A DNA stretch of 56,222 bases from Rubrobacter sp. (GCA_035563475.1 DATMVF010000105.1:1-56222); one strand, 5' to 3'; numbered from the stretch's first letter, positions 30,482-40,120 are shown. Made by a program: numbers and translations. Notes: a model not told the origin generated them from the letters alone.

Positions 30482-31087
30482 ATGACGGAAGGAGAACGGG
30501 CATCGGGTGAGGCTTTCCTCCGCGGTCGCCGCGTCTGGCTGCGTCCATTGGAGAGGGTGGATCTCCCACGATACCAGGAGCTTTTCTCCGACCCTGAGAT
30601 CAATCTGTTGTACGGTGGACTGGGTGTGCCGGAAAACCTGGCCAAGCTGCAACGCCACTACGATGCAGGCGAATACGACACGACGGACCGGTTCCTCTTG
30701 CTTGTGATCGAGGCCGAAGGCACCATCATCGGGGCGATAGTGCTGAGGAACACGGAAAACCTCCCGAGCCGCTCGGCGACGTTCGGAATCTTGATCGGGG
30801 ACCCAGCGTACCTGGACCGGGGTTACGGCAGCGAGGCTAGCGCCCTCCTGTTGGACTACGCGTTCGCCGTATTGGGGCATCACAAGATCAACCTCGACCT
30901 TTTCGAGTACAACGCCCGCGCGCAGGCCATGTATGAGAAGCTGGGCTTCGTCGTGGAAGGACGTCGCCGCGAAAACCACTGGTCGCGCGGACGATTCTGG
31001 GACGAAATCCTGATGGGCGTCACCGCCGAAGAGTGGTGGTCGAAACATGGGTCTCCGCGGCTACCCGGTACGGCACCCGCACGCTGA
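30482..31087 (+). CDS. GNAT acetyltransferase (RimJ/RimL/SpeG-like)
   Basis: LRPLE, DRGYGSEA and NARAQAMYEKLGFVVEG motifs. Confidence 0.88.
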   Translation: MTEGERASGEAFLRGRRVWLRPLERVDLPRYQELFSDPEINLLYGGLGVPENLAKLQRHYDAGEYDTTDRFLLLVIEAEGTIIGAIVLRNTENLPSRSATFGILIGDPAYLDRGYGSEASALLLDYAFAVLGHHKINLDLFEYNARAQAMYEKLGFVVEGRRRENHWSRGRFWDEILMGVTAEEWWSKHGSPRLPGTAPAR

Positions 31088-31827
31088 TGGTATCGCAGAA
31101 GCGTTCTTTTACGGTCTTTCCTGCCATCGACCTGCGCGGCGGGCGATGCGTGCGTCTCAAACAGGGGGATTTCGGACGGGCCAAGGAGTATGATGCCGAT
31201 CCCGTCGAGCGGGCGAGAGACTGGGAGAGGCAGGGGGCTAAGGCGATCCACGTCGTCGACCTCGACGGCGCCGAGGAGGGCAGGCCCGTCCAGCTCGGGC
31301 TCATCCGCAGCATCGCGAGGGCGGTTGGCGTCCCACTCCAGGTGGGAGGGGGCGTACGCTCCATCGAAGACCTGCGCGCCGTGCGGAGTGCCGGCGCCCG
31401 GCGCGTCGTGATGGGGACGGCGGCGGTCGAGGACAGGGATCTGCGGCTGAGGGCGGTCCAGGAGGCCGGCGATTCTCTACTCGTGGCCGTCGACGCCCGC
31501 GAGGGAGTCATAGCGACGCACGGTTGGCTGAGGTCGAGCGGGGTCTCGGTCCTGGAGCTCTCGAAAGAGCTGGTCACCGAAGGCGTCGCCTCGGTCCTCT
31601 ACACCGATGTCTCGCGCGACGGCATGGACGCGGGAGCAGCCCTCGACGGAACCGCCGCCGTTGCAGAGATAATCCCCACCGTCGCCAGCGGGGGCGTGCG
31701 CGGTCCCGAGGATGTGGCCACGCTCTCCAGTACGCCCGGTGTAACCGGCGTGGTAGTCGGCACCGCGCTCTACGAGGGCAAGACAACGCTTCCAGACCTG
31801 CTAGAGAGCGTCCAGGGCTCCTCATGA
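31087..31827 (+). CDS. hisA: ProFAR isomerase
   Basis: PAIDLRGGRCVRLKQG, HVVDLDGA, QVGGGVRS, YTDVSRDG and ASGGV motifs. Confidence 0.95.
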   Translation: MVSQKRSFTVFPAIDLRGGRCVRLKQGDFGRAKEYDADPVERARDWERQGAKAIHVVDLDGAEEGRPVQLGLIRSIARAVGVPLQVGGGVRSIEDLRAVRSAGARRVVMGTAAVEDRDLRLRAVQEAGDSLLVAVDAREGVIATHGWLRSSGVSVLELSKELVTEGVASVLYTDVSRDGMDAGAALDGTAAVAEIIPTVASGGVRGPEDVATLSSTPGVTGVVVGTALYEGKTTLPDLLESVQGSS

Positions 31828-31852
31828 CAATCATCGTGAAACCCGATGCCCT

Positions 31853-31880
31853 TAGGGGCGGGTTTCAAACCCGCCCCTAC
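31853..31880 (-). repeat. GTAG-type REP palindrome / bidirectional terminator
   Basis: Minus strand GTAGGGGCGGGTTTGAAACCCGCCCCTA, between convergent genes. Confidence 0.75.
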
Positions 31881-31882
31881 AT

Positions 31883-32191
31883 TCAATAATCTAGGCTGGA
31901 CGAGCGGGGTTCGCCCCGTTCGTACTTGGCGGATTGGATCGTACGCCAGGAGAATTTGGAGAGGGCTTCGTCCGTGGGCCCCCTCTGGTCGGGGTCTGCC
32001 TCGGCGATGGCTTCCCTGGCCACCTTCACCGCGGCGTCGAGGGCGGCGTTTATCTCGTAGGCCCTGGCGGCCTGGTACTTGATGAGCAACACGCGCGGGG
32101 TCGCCCGCCCCAGCGCGTAGGCGACTTCGTACTCCTCCGTGCGGCTCTCGTGGTCGCCGACGCGCCTGACCGTGCAACGCAACTGTGGCAT
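31883..32191 (-). CDS. hypothetical protein
   Basis: 102-aa ORF with natural composition; fills the gap convergent with hisA. Confidence 0.6.
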   Translation of the reverse strand: MPQLRCTVRRVGDHESRTEEYEVAYALGRATPRVLLIKYQAARAYEINAALDAAVKVAREAIAEADPDQRGPTDEALSKFSWRTIQSAKYERGEPRSSSLDY

Positions 32192-32277
32192 GTAGGCATC
32201 CTACCATCTCCAAAGCCGCACCTGGCCCCGCGTCGATCTCCCCAGACACGTTTGGGGTAGACTACGGCCGGAGGGTC

Positions 32278-34245
32278 GTGAACGAGTTCTTCGAGACAAG
32301 CAAAAAGAAGTCGAAGAGGCGCCCGCCCGGACGCTTCGTCAGGGGATTACGCGCACTCTTCAACCTCGTTCTGGTTCTCGGCGTCTCCGCTGCGGTAGGT
32401 ATTGCGTGCCTCTACCTGTTCGTACTGAGGGAGTACGAGAGTGACCTCGACCGGACCTACCCCGAGCTCGCCGAGAACTCCTACGTCTACGACGTGGACG
32501 GGGACAAGATAGGCGAGATCCCCGTCACCGAGAGGCGCGAGACCGTCGGTTTCGAAGGTCTCGGCGCGCACCTGCCAGGGGCCGTCATCGCCGTCGAGGA
32601 CCGGCGCTTCTACGATCATTTCGGTGTCGACTTCGAAGGGCTGGCCAGGGCGGCCTGGACGGATCTGAGATCCTGGGAGGTGCAGGAGGGCGGCTCCACG
32701 ATCACCGAGCAGCTCATGAAGAACCTTTATGTTCCAGAGGGCCAACGCTTCGAAACCTCTTTTCGCAGGCGCTTTGTGCAGTCTGCGCTCGCCTTCGCCT
32801 ACGAGCGCAAACACACCAAGAACGAGGTCCTGACCGCCTACCTGAATACCGTGTACTTCGGGGACGGCGCATATGGCGCCGAGGAGGCGGCGCAACGCTT
32901 CTTCGGTAAGAGCGCGCGGGACCTCGACCTCTCGGAGTCGGCGATGCTCGCCGGTCTGCTACACGCCCCTTCGACCTACGTTACCTGGGAGGGTGAGGTT
33001 ATCGAGGGGCAGGTCCGAGAGCGCCGCGACAGCGTTCTGGGGCTTATGCAGGAACAAGGTATGATCTCCTCCCGGCAGCGCGACGAGGCCGAGGACCAAC
33101 CGCTGGAGTTCGCCCCTGACCCGCCGCCGGAAGATCCGGCGTACACGCCTTTCCTGGAGAAGGTCGCACGCGAGGTGGAGGAGGAGCTTGGTCCGCGGGC
33201 CCTGCAGCTCGGGGGACTGAGGATTTACACTACTATGGACCCCGACCTCCAACAGGCGGCAGTGGAGACCTCGGATGATGTGCTCTCGGAACCAGATGAC
33301 CCTTCGGCGGCCGTCGTGGCAATAGAGCCTCAGAGCGGCGCCATACGGTCTCTGGCCGGACAGGATGGGGACTTCAACCTCCCGCTCGACGCCAGGCGCC
33401 AACCCGGCAGCTCGTTCAAGCCCGTAGTACTCGCAGCTGCCATCAAGGAAGACATCTCCCCGGAGAGCACCTACATATCCCAGGATCTCGCCTTCGACTT
33501 CCGGGACGAGTACTACGAGGTACACAACTACGACTACGTCGAGCGCGGAGAGATCTCCATCTCCGACGCTATGGAGGAATCGGATAATACGGTGTTCGTG
33601 CAGCTTGCTGCCGACGTGGGATTGGAAGACGTCGTGAAGACCGCCGAAGACCTGGGCATTACCACCCCGGTCGAGCCCTACCCCTCGACGGCCATAGGCG
33701 GCCTGGGGTCGGGAGTCAGCCCGCTCGACATGGCCTCTGCCTACTCGACCTTCGCCGGTGGCGGCATCCACCGCGAGCCTTACTCCATCGAGAGGATCGA
33801 CAGAAATAGCTACGGTCAGAGCGAGACGGTCTACGACCACCAGATCAGCGGCCGGCGCGTGCTAACGGGCAACGAAGCGGCGGTCGCAACCCAGGTCCTC
33901 AGGGGCGTTGTGGAGGACGGGACGGCGACGATGTTCCACGACCTGGACGAGGAGATAGGACGTCCATCGGCGGGCAAGACGGGGACCACGGACGACTTCG
34001 TCGACGCCTGGTACGTCGGCTATACTCCACTTCTTTGCACCTCAGTGTGGGTCGGTTATGCGGAAGGCGGGCGCTCCCTCGTCGGCGTCCACGACTTAAA
34101 GGAGCCGAACGGAGAGACCCTGCCCATGGACATCTGGTCCGATTACATGGCCAGTGCTACGGCCGGGGACCTGGCGCTCGAGTTCCCCGAAGCCGACACG
34201 GCCGAGCTCTACGCCGTCGAGGGCGGCTATGCGGGCGGCTTCTGA
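32278..34245 (+). CDS. class A penicillin-binding protein (transglycosylase/transpeptidase)
   Basis: TM anchor; EDRRFYDH, GGSTITEQL and YLN in GT51; SSFK, SDN and KTG in the transpeptidase domain. Confidence 0.93.
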   Translation: MNEFFETSKKKSKRRPPGRFVRGLRALFNLVLVLGVSAAVGIACLYLFVLREYESDLDRTYPELAENSYVYDVDGDKIGEIPVTERRETVGFEGLGAHLPGAVIAVEDRRFYDHFGVDFEGLARAAWTDLRSWEVQEGGSTITEQLMKNLYVPEGQRFETSFRRRFVQSALAFAYERKHTKNEVLTAYLNTVYFGDGAYGAEEAAQRFFGKSARDLDLSESAMLAGLLHAPSTYVTWEGEVIEGQVRERRDSVLGLMQEQGMISSRQRDEAEDQPLEFAPDPPPEDPAYTPFLEKVAREVEEELGPRALQLGGLRIYTTMDPDLQQAAVETSDDVLSEPDDPSAAVVAIEPQSGAIRSLAGQDGDFNLPLDARRQPGSSFKPVVLAAAIKEDISPESTYISQDLAFDFRDEYYEVHNYDYVERGEISISDAMEESDNTVFVQLAADVGLEDVVKTAEDLGITTPVEPYPSTAIGGLGSGVSPLDMASAYSTFAGGGIHREPYSIERIDRNSYGQSETVYDHQISGRRVLTGNEAAVATQVLRGVVEDGTATMFHDLDEEIGRPSAGKTGTTDDFVDAWYVGYTPLLCTSVWVGYAEGGRSLVGVHDLKEPNGETLPMDIWSDYMASATAGDLALEFPEADTAELYAVEGGYAGGF

Positions 34246-34249
34246 GTCT

Positions 34250-34702
34250 ATGGACTTGCAGAGGCTGTATGCCGGATCTTTCATAGATTGGGAGGCGGTC
34301 GCCGCCTCCTGGAACAAACGAACCGTCCCCTCGCGGCTACTGCTCTTCGCCGCCCGTCGCTACCTCGACGAAGGGGGCGGTAAAGTGGAATCCGGGCGTT
34401 ATGAAGCTCTGTCATCGGCTCCGCTCCCCGAGGAGATCAAACGTGCCTTCGCCTCGCCGCCGGAACTCGACGCGCCAGCCCCGCGCCGCTGGGGCGAGTT
34501 CGTCGACGCCGCCGTCGCCGCCGAGCTGGAGATGGTCTCCTACGGTGAGAGACCGCCGCTCTTGCACGAGCTGCGGGCCGGGCTCGAACAGGCCGCAGCG
34601 GAGGCAGACCCACTCACCGAGAAGGGCAGATGGTTCCTCGCCAGGCGCGACGCCCTCCCCGGGACCGACCTGCCCGACGATCCCGGATATTTGCCCATAT
34701 AA
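34250..34702 (+). CDS. hypothetical protein
   Basis: ATG 4 nt after the PBP stop; 150 aa; probably co-transcribed. Confidence 0.65.
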   Translation: MDLQRLYAGSFIDWEAVAASWNKRTVPSRLLLFAARRYLDEGGGKVESGRYEALSSAPLPEEIKRAFASPPELDAPAPRRWGEFVDAAVAAELEMVSYGERPPLLHELRAGLEQAAAEADPLTEKGRWFLARRDALPGTDLPDDPGYLPI

Positions 34703-34880
34703 GCTAGTCAGCACGCTCAGGGTTCGCCTTCGCTTGTCAGCTAGTCAGCTCGCCGCTTCGCGGCTCTCAGCTATGCGGCCAGGACTTGCGCAAGAGAAAG
34801 CTGACGTGCTGAAGTGCTGACAAGCGCCCGACAGGGCGCGTGCTGAAATGCTGACAAGGCGCGAAGCGCCGGGCTGACAT
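34701..34880. repeat. octamer-array palindromic element, copy E
   Basis: Starts inside the TAA stop (aagctagtcagc); four hairpin modules; right arm agctgacg tgctgaag tgctgaca...tgctgaaa tgctgaca. Confidence 0.8.
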
Positions 34881-34941
34881 ACAATCATTCTCGTGCCACG
34901 CATTGGGCGGGGCGGGTCAACTAGGGAGAGGTGTTACACAG

Positions 34942-36387
34942 ATGGAAGCTATACCCAGTGCGAGCTATAGCCTCACCTTACGGGTCGAATTCCCGCACGA
35001 GGCGGGGGCCCTCGGGAAGATCCTGACGACTATTGGGGATGCCGACGGAATGATCGGCGCCGTCGACATAGTGCGGATGAGCCAGGACAGGACCACCCGC
35101 GACATTACAGTAAACGCCCGTGACTCCGAGCATGGCCAGCAGGTGGTTCAGGTCGTGGAGGACCTGCCCCAGGTCAGGGTCATCAACGTCTCGGACAGGA
35201 CGTTCTTGATGCACCTTGGGGGTAAGATCGAGGTCCGCTCCAAGCTCCAGATCCGCACCCGTGATGACCTCTCTATGGTCTACACGCCGGGTGTGGCGCG
35301 CGTCTGCAGGGCGATAGCCGACGACCCGGAGAGGGCTTTCAACCTCACCGTCAAACGCAATACGGTAGCCGTCGTCTCTGACGGTACTGCCGTACTCGGG
35401 CTCGGGGACATAGGACCGTGGGCCGCCATGCCTGTGATGGAGGGCAAGGCGGCGCTCTTCAAGCAGTTCGCGAACGTGGACGCGTTCCCGATCTGCCTCG
35501 ACACGAAGGATACGGACGCGATAGTCGAGACCGTGAAAAACCTGTCGCCCGCGTTCGGCGGCATAAACCTGGAGGATATCTCGGCCCCGCGCTGCTTCGA
35601 GGTCGAAGAGCGGCTGAAGAAGGACCTGGACATCCCGGTCTTCCACGACGACCAGCACGGCACGGCCGTCGTGGTTTTGGCAGCCCTGATCAACTCCCTC
35701 AAGATCGTCGGCAAGAAGGTGGAGGACCTTAGCATAGTGGTGAACGGCGTGGGCGCCTCTGGGGTGGCCTGCGCCAAGATCATCATGGCGGCTGGCGCGA
35801 AGAACATCGTGGGCTGCGACTCGAAGGGCATCGTCCACGAAGGGCGCGAGGACCTCAACGAGTCCAAGCGCTGGTTCGCCGAGAACACGAATCCAGAGGG
35901 TAGGACCGGCGACCTCTCCGACGCCATAGCAGGCACCGACCTCTTCCTCGGCCTCTCCGCTCCGGACGTTCTCGACCTCCAGCAAGTCGGGAGCATGAAC
36001 ACCGACCCGATCCTGTTCGCCATGGCCAACCCCGACCCCGAGATAAGGCCGGAGGTCGCGATGGGGAAGGCGAGGATCATCGCGACGGGCCGCAGCGACT
36101 ACCCGAACCAGATCAACAACGTGCTCTGCTTCCCGGGTATCTTCAGGGGCGCCCTCGATGTCAGGGCCCGTGAGATAGACGAGCCGATGAAGCTCGCAGC
36201 CGCCGAGGCGATCGCGAACGTCATCCCACAAGAGGACCTCTCCGAGGACTACATCATCCCTTCGGTCTTCGACGAGCGGGTCGCCCCCGCCGTCGCGGAG
36301 GCGGTCGCGGAAAGGGCCAAGGAGACGGGCATGGCCAGGCGCGTCCAGGAGCGGGCCGAGACCGGCCTGACGGTGACCAGCTTCTAA
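34942..36387 (+). CDS. NAD(P)-dependent malic enzyme with an N-terminal ACT domain
   Basis: YTPGV, DGTAVLGLGDIG, MEGKA, INLEDI, HDDQHGTA and TGRSDYPNQINN motifs. Confidence 0.93.
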   Translation: MEAIPSASYSLTLRVEFPHEAGALGKILTTIGDADGMIGAVDIVRMSQDRTTRDITVNARDSEHGQQVVQVVEDLPQVRVINVSDRTFLMHLGGKIEVRSKLQIRTRDDLSMVYTPGVARVCRAIADDPERAFNLTVKRNTVAVVSDGTAVLGLGDIGPWAAMPVMEGKAALFKQFANVDAFPICLDTKDTDAIVETVKNLSPAFGGINLEDISAPRCFEVEERLKKDLDIPVFHDDQHGTAVVVLAALINSLKIVGKKVEDLSIVVNGVGASGVACAKIIMAAGAKNIVGCDSKGIVHEGREDLNESKRWFAENTNPEGRTGDLSDAIAGTDLFLGLSAPDVLDLQQVGSMNTDPILFAMANPDPEIRPEVAMGKARIIATGRSDYPNQINNVLCFPGIFRGALDVRAREIDEPMKLAAAEAIANVIPQEDLSEDYIIPSVFDERVAPAVAEAVAERAKETGMARRVQERAETGLTVTSF

Positions 36388-36388
36388 A

Positions 36389-36425
36389 GCGAATCAGGGT
36401 GGGTCATCGACCCACCCTGATTCGC
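36389..36425. terminator. long perfect hairpin after the malic enzyme gene
   Basis: gcgaatcagggtgggtc-atc-gacccaccctgattcgc. Confidence 0.65.
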
Positions 36426-36427
36426 GC

Positions 36428-36491
36428 GGTCAGCGATCAGCCATCAGCGGTCAGCTTCCGGCAAAAGCAGTAGGCTGAAAGCTGACGGCTT
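36428..36491. repeat. short heptamer-array palindromic element
   Basis: ggtcagc gatcagc catcagc ggtcagc ... gctgaaa gctgacg gct. Confidence 0.7.
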
Positions 36492-36533
36492 ACAACGTCT
36501 GGACTTCTCCTTACTGCGGCATAGAATCTGGGC

Positions 36534-36809
36534 ATGAGCAAGCTGTGCCAGATCTTCGTTTGCGCCACGCCGGGCGAGGGACGCTGCGGCGCGAAAGGCG
36601 GCGGCGAGCTGTTCGAGATGTTTAGAGAAGAGGTGGAGCTGCGCGGCATACCGCCATCAGCCGTGCTCCGTAACGCCTGCACCCGCCGCCACGAGGAAGG
36701 TCCCGTCGTCTTCGTCTACCCCGACGACGTCTGGTATACCCGCGTAACACCCGAGGACGTGCCCGAAATAGTGGAACGTCACCTGGCGCCTTTACGAGTC
36801 GAGAGCTAG
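36534..36809 (+). CDS. thioredoxin-like [2Fe-2S] ferredoxin
   Basis: IFVC...RCGAKGG...ACTRRHEEGPVVFVYPDDVWY...EIVERHL; TGGACT/TAGAAT promoter just upstream, so the mRNA is probably near-leaderless. Confidence 0.85.
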   Translation: MSKLCQIFVCATPGEGRCGAKGGGELFEMFREEVELRGIPPSAVLRNACTRRHEEGPVVFVYPDDVWYTRVTPEDVPEIVERHLAPLRVES

Positions 36810-38083
36810 TCAGCGCGCTCCGGACTTTGGGTGCCGAAGCCGACCCTTCCCAGGGTTCGCTCCATCGCCCAGTCTGCGCCGGTGAGTATCCTGTCGCGCC
36901 GGCTCTTCATGTAGTAGAGAAGAACGCTCCTGTAGAGTGCCTGTGCCGCGGGGCCTCGCAGCCTGAGACCGACGGCGTCTGCCACGGCGCTCTCCGGGCC
37001 TAGGCTCACCACGTAGCCCCGGTCGAAGAAGCGGAAAGGCGGCCTGCCCCGCTTGCTCCCTGCGCCGCGGAGGCGGCGCTTGAGGTCCCGCGCCACCCAC
37101 GGTCCCTGTTGCACGGCGACGGAGGCGGTGGGGGGCAGGGGACCGAGGCGCGGATCGGTGTAGACCCCGGCGTCACCGAGCACGTAGACCTCGGGGTGAC
37201 CAGGCAAAGTGAGGTGCTCGCCCACGTGTGAGCGGCCCGCCGCATCGTGCTCCCCCGGCAATCCTCTCACCAGTGGCGATGCCTCCACGCCGGCCGTCCA
37301 AACCCTGGTGCCCGCCTTCAGCCAGTCTTCGCCGGCGAAGACACCCTCGGCGCTCGCCGTCTCTACGGGGGTGTTCAGGCGCACTTCGACCCCGAGTCCC
37401 GTGAGCGTCTTCCTCGCGACGCTGTCGAAGTAGGGGTCTAGCCAATCCATCAGCCGGTGCTTAGCCTCCAGAAGCACGACCCGCGGTTCTTCGGACGGCC
37501 TGCGATGGGAGCGTTTCCCGAGATAGTCGAAGAGGGCGGCCACCTCGGCGGCGACCTCGACGCCCGTCGCCCCACCACCGACGATGGCAACGGTCAGGGT
37601 GCCCTGTGGCGGCCGGGGCCCAGGGCTCGTGGCCAGGCGCCAGGCACCGCCCAGGGCGGTGCGCAGGCGCAGGGCATCGTCCAGGCTCCAGAAGGAGTGG
37701 AAGTAGCCCGCCAGCCGCGGTCCGGGCTCGGCGGCGACGCTGCCAGGGTTGAGGACCAGATACTCGTAGCCGACGGGGCCTTCAGAAGTCTCGAGGGTCT
37801 TCCTGGCGAGGTCTATACCCGAGACTTCCGCGTGCAGGAACACGCAGTCCCCGGCGCACAAGGGCGCGATAGGTGAGGTTACGGTCCTCGGATGCACCCG
37901 GCCGACCGCGACCTCGTGGATCAGGGGCACGAAAGCGTACTCTTCCCTGCGGTCGATCAGCAGGGTCTCGCCTGGTTTTCGCAGGGCCGGAGGGAGGTGC
38001 CTGAGCAGGGAGGCTCCCGCGAATCCGGCGCCGAGGACGACCACGCGCGCGCTGCGCCGGATGCTCACGCTTCGTTCCGGCAC
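36806..38083 (-). CDS. NDH-2-like FAD-dependent oxidoreductase
   Basis: GAGFAG, GGGATGVE, WTAGV, LGD and ASVAVQQG motifs. Confidence 0.85.
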   Translation of the reverse strand: MPERSVSIRRSARVVVLGAGFAGASLLRHLPPALRKPGETLLIDRREEYAFVPLIHEVAVGRVHPRTVTSPIAPLCAGDCVFLHAEVSGIDLARKTLETSEGPVGYEYLVLNPGSVAAEPGPRLAGYFHSFWSLDDALRLRTALGGAWRLATSPGPRPPQGTLTVAIVGGGATGVEVAAEVAALFDYLGKRSHRRPSEEPRVVLLEAKHRLMDWLDPYFDSVARKTLTGLGVEVRLNTPVETASAEGVFAGEDWLKAGTRVWTAGVEASPLVRGLPGEHDAAGRSHVGEHLTLPGHPEVYVLGDAGVYTDPRLGPLPPTASVAVQQGPWVARDLKRRLRGAGSKRGRPPFRFFDRGYVVSLGPESAVADAVGLRLRGPAAQALYRSVLLYYMKSRRDRILTGADWAMERTLGRVGFGTQSPERAD

Positions 38084-38157
38084 GTCCCTGATTCCTTCGC
38101 CGCATCCGTCATCCTTCGGGAGTATATCGTTCGGGGCGCCCCCTCTCGGCGAGACGC

Positions 38158-38186
38158 TTTACAAAACGCGTCACCGAACGTAGACT
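38158..38186 (+). promoter_or_regulatory. sigma70-type promoter
   Basis: TTTACA-17 nt-TAGACT, about 95 nt upstream of the ORF at 38283. Confidence 0.5.
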
Positions 38187-38282
38187 GCACGGATCGCCTG
38201 CTGATGGGGTGCCGGCGGTTTAAGGGGTGTCAGGAAAACGGGGAACGACCCCTCCGGGGGCTAGAAAGGGTCCGTCTTGGTG

Positions 38283-38603
38283 ATGAAGGAGGGAATGGGA
38301 CTGGGGAACATCGCCCCCGGGCTCATCGTAAGGCACACCAACCGTCGTCTGGGCAAGCTGGATTCCTACGAAGCGTGTGAGCGTTTGATCTCTGGCCGCA
38401 TCTCGTTCTCGGAGTTCGTGGATCAGGTCGGCGAAGAGTACAGGGAGCTTCTCGATTTCATGATGGACAACGATCTGCATCCTGGTCGTCCCGAGGAGGT
38501 ACTCTTCTGCATCGACTGTCACGCGGGTCTCTACGACCGTACTCTCCTTCGCTCGCAACTGGAAGGCCTCTACAGTCACGACAGGAGCGAAAGCATCGGC
38601 TGA
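38283..38603 (+). CDS. hypothetical protein with a CxxCH motif
   Basis: 106-aa ORF with its own promoter; FCIDCHAG motif; no signal peptide. Confidence 0.65.
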   Translation: MKEGMGLGNIAPGLIVRHTNRRLGKLDSYEACERLISGRISFSEFVDQVGEEYRELLDFMMDNDLHPGRPEEVLFCIDCHAGLYDRTLLRSQLEGLYSHDRSESIG

Positions 38604-38767
38604 CCTGGGATAGGCAGCGTGCCAGGCCACCTGAGGCCTGGCTCTGCGGCACCCATTCGTGGTTCGTGAGGTCGATGTAGGAAGAGCGCCGACCACGCCG
38701 GGGCAGGACGAGTCTGGCGCGTCCCGCTGCTATCCTGTTGGCGTGTTTTTGCGTTATCATGGCCTCC

Positions 38768-40120
38768 ATGGGAACCACCTTGATAATCTTGTTCGTCGTG
38801 GTTGCTTCGATCCTCGCCGCCTCAATCGTGCTCGGGCGTGACACCAGGGAGGTAGAGAGCGCCCGTGACACGGAGTACCTGGAGCTCGAGGGGGTCTGGA
38901 TTCGCTACAACGTCATCGGCGGGGGCCCCCCGGTCGTACTCGTACACGGCTGGTTATCCTCGACCCGCATCTGGGAGCAACTCGCAGGGCGGCTGGCGCA
39001 GCGCTTCACCGTGTATACCCTCGACCTCCCCGGTTTCGGGGAGTCGGACAAACCACTCTCCGGATACGGGATACGAAACGGGAGCAGGCTTCTTTACGCT
39101 TTCTGCGCCCACTTCGGCCTGACCCACGCCAACGTCATCGGCCACGACCTCGGCGGGGCCATGGCCGTAAAGCTCGCGGCAGATCATCCCGACGTCGTCG
39201 GACGCCTCGTCGTCATCTGTGCTCCTGCCGACGAGGACCAGCTCGACCTTCCCACCCTGCTGTGGCTCGCCACCGTGCCCGTCGTCGGTCCCATCGTCTA
39301 TTCTCTGGGGCGCGCGGCGCGCCCCTTCCGCCGCCTCTGGATGCGACCCTTCGTAGCCGACTCCGACGACCTCACGGAAGAGATAGTGGACGACGCCGGC
39401 CGGTCCACGCCCGCCGCCGTCTCCAAGACCTTGAGCATCTCGAGGCGTGAGATCTCCCGCGGTAGGCTCGCCAGGCAGGCCAGGATCATAAAGATTCCCT
39501 TTCTCGTCGTCGCCGGGGAAGAGGATCAGATAGTAGACCCTCAATCGGTCGGGGTATGGGCCGAGGGCGTGGAGAGGGCCGAGATCTGCCTTATAGACGA
39601 GTGCGGCCACATGCCTATGGTGGAGCGTGTGGCCGAGTTCAACGCCCAGATCCTCGCCTTCCTGACGGGCGACGCCCGCTACCTGGATTTCGTTCACCCG
39701 GTCGCGGAGACGAAAGAAGGGGTCGAACCCGCCCGCGTCGAAGGCGGCGAGGTGGACTACGCTGCACCAGGCCCATCGGACGATACGGTGGATCTCAGCC
39801 CGCGCCCCACGGAACTCGAGTCCGAACGCGACAACGTGCCGAGGGTGGTGCGTAAACACGGAGGAAGGTATCCGGCCAGGAACCGGCCTCATCAGCCACC
39901 GGAGACATACCCTGACGCAGTCGAAGAGCAACCGGCCCCTGGCGGTCGGTCCAGACGTGAGCCTCTTGACGAGGATTTTCTACCCGACCTCCCGGATGAC
40001 CTATTCGACTGGCCCGAGACGCGGCGCGACTTCGGGTCCCGCGAGCGGCGCCAGGATGGCCCTTCGGACGGACAGGACGACGACTACCCCCCTGGTCAGG
40101 AAAACCCTCCCCGCTCCTAA
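38768..40120 (+). CDS. membrane-anchored alpha/beta hydrolase with a long acidic disordered tail
   Basis: N-terminal TM; HGW, DLPGFGES, GHDLGG, GEEDQIV and CGHMPM motifs. Confidence 0.85.
   Translation: MGTTLIILFVVVASILAASIVLGRDTREVESARDTEYLELEGVWIRYNVIGGGPPVVLVHGWLSSTRIWEQLAGRLAQRFTVYTLDLPGFGESDKPLSGYGIRNGSRLLYAFCAHFGLTHANVIGHDLGGAMAVKLAADHPDVVGRLVVICAPADEDQLDLPTLLWLATVPVVGPIVYSLGRAARPFRRLWMRPFVADSDDLTEEIVDDAGRSTPAAVSKTLSISRREISRGRLARQARIIKIPFLVVAGEEDQIVDPQSVGVWAEGVERAEICLIDECGHMPMVERVAEFNAQILAFLTGDARYLDFVHPVAETKEGVEPARVEGGEVDYAAPGPSDDTVDLSPRPTELESERDNVPRVVRKHGGRYPARNRPHQPPETYPDAVEEQPAPGGRSRREPLDEDFLPDLPDDLFDWPETRRDFGSRERRQDGPSDGQDDDYPPGQENPPRS

Noticed and set aside
38283-38603. c-type cytochrome call from CxxCH
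   Set aside because: No signal peptide or TM segment for export to the heme-attachment machinery.
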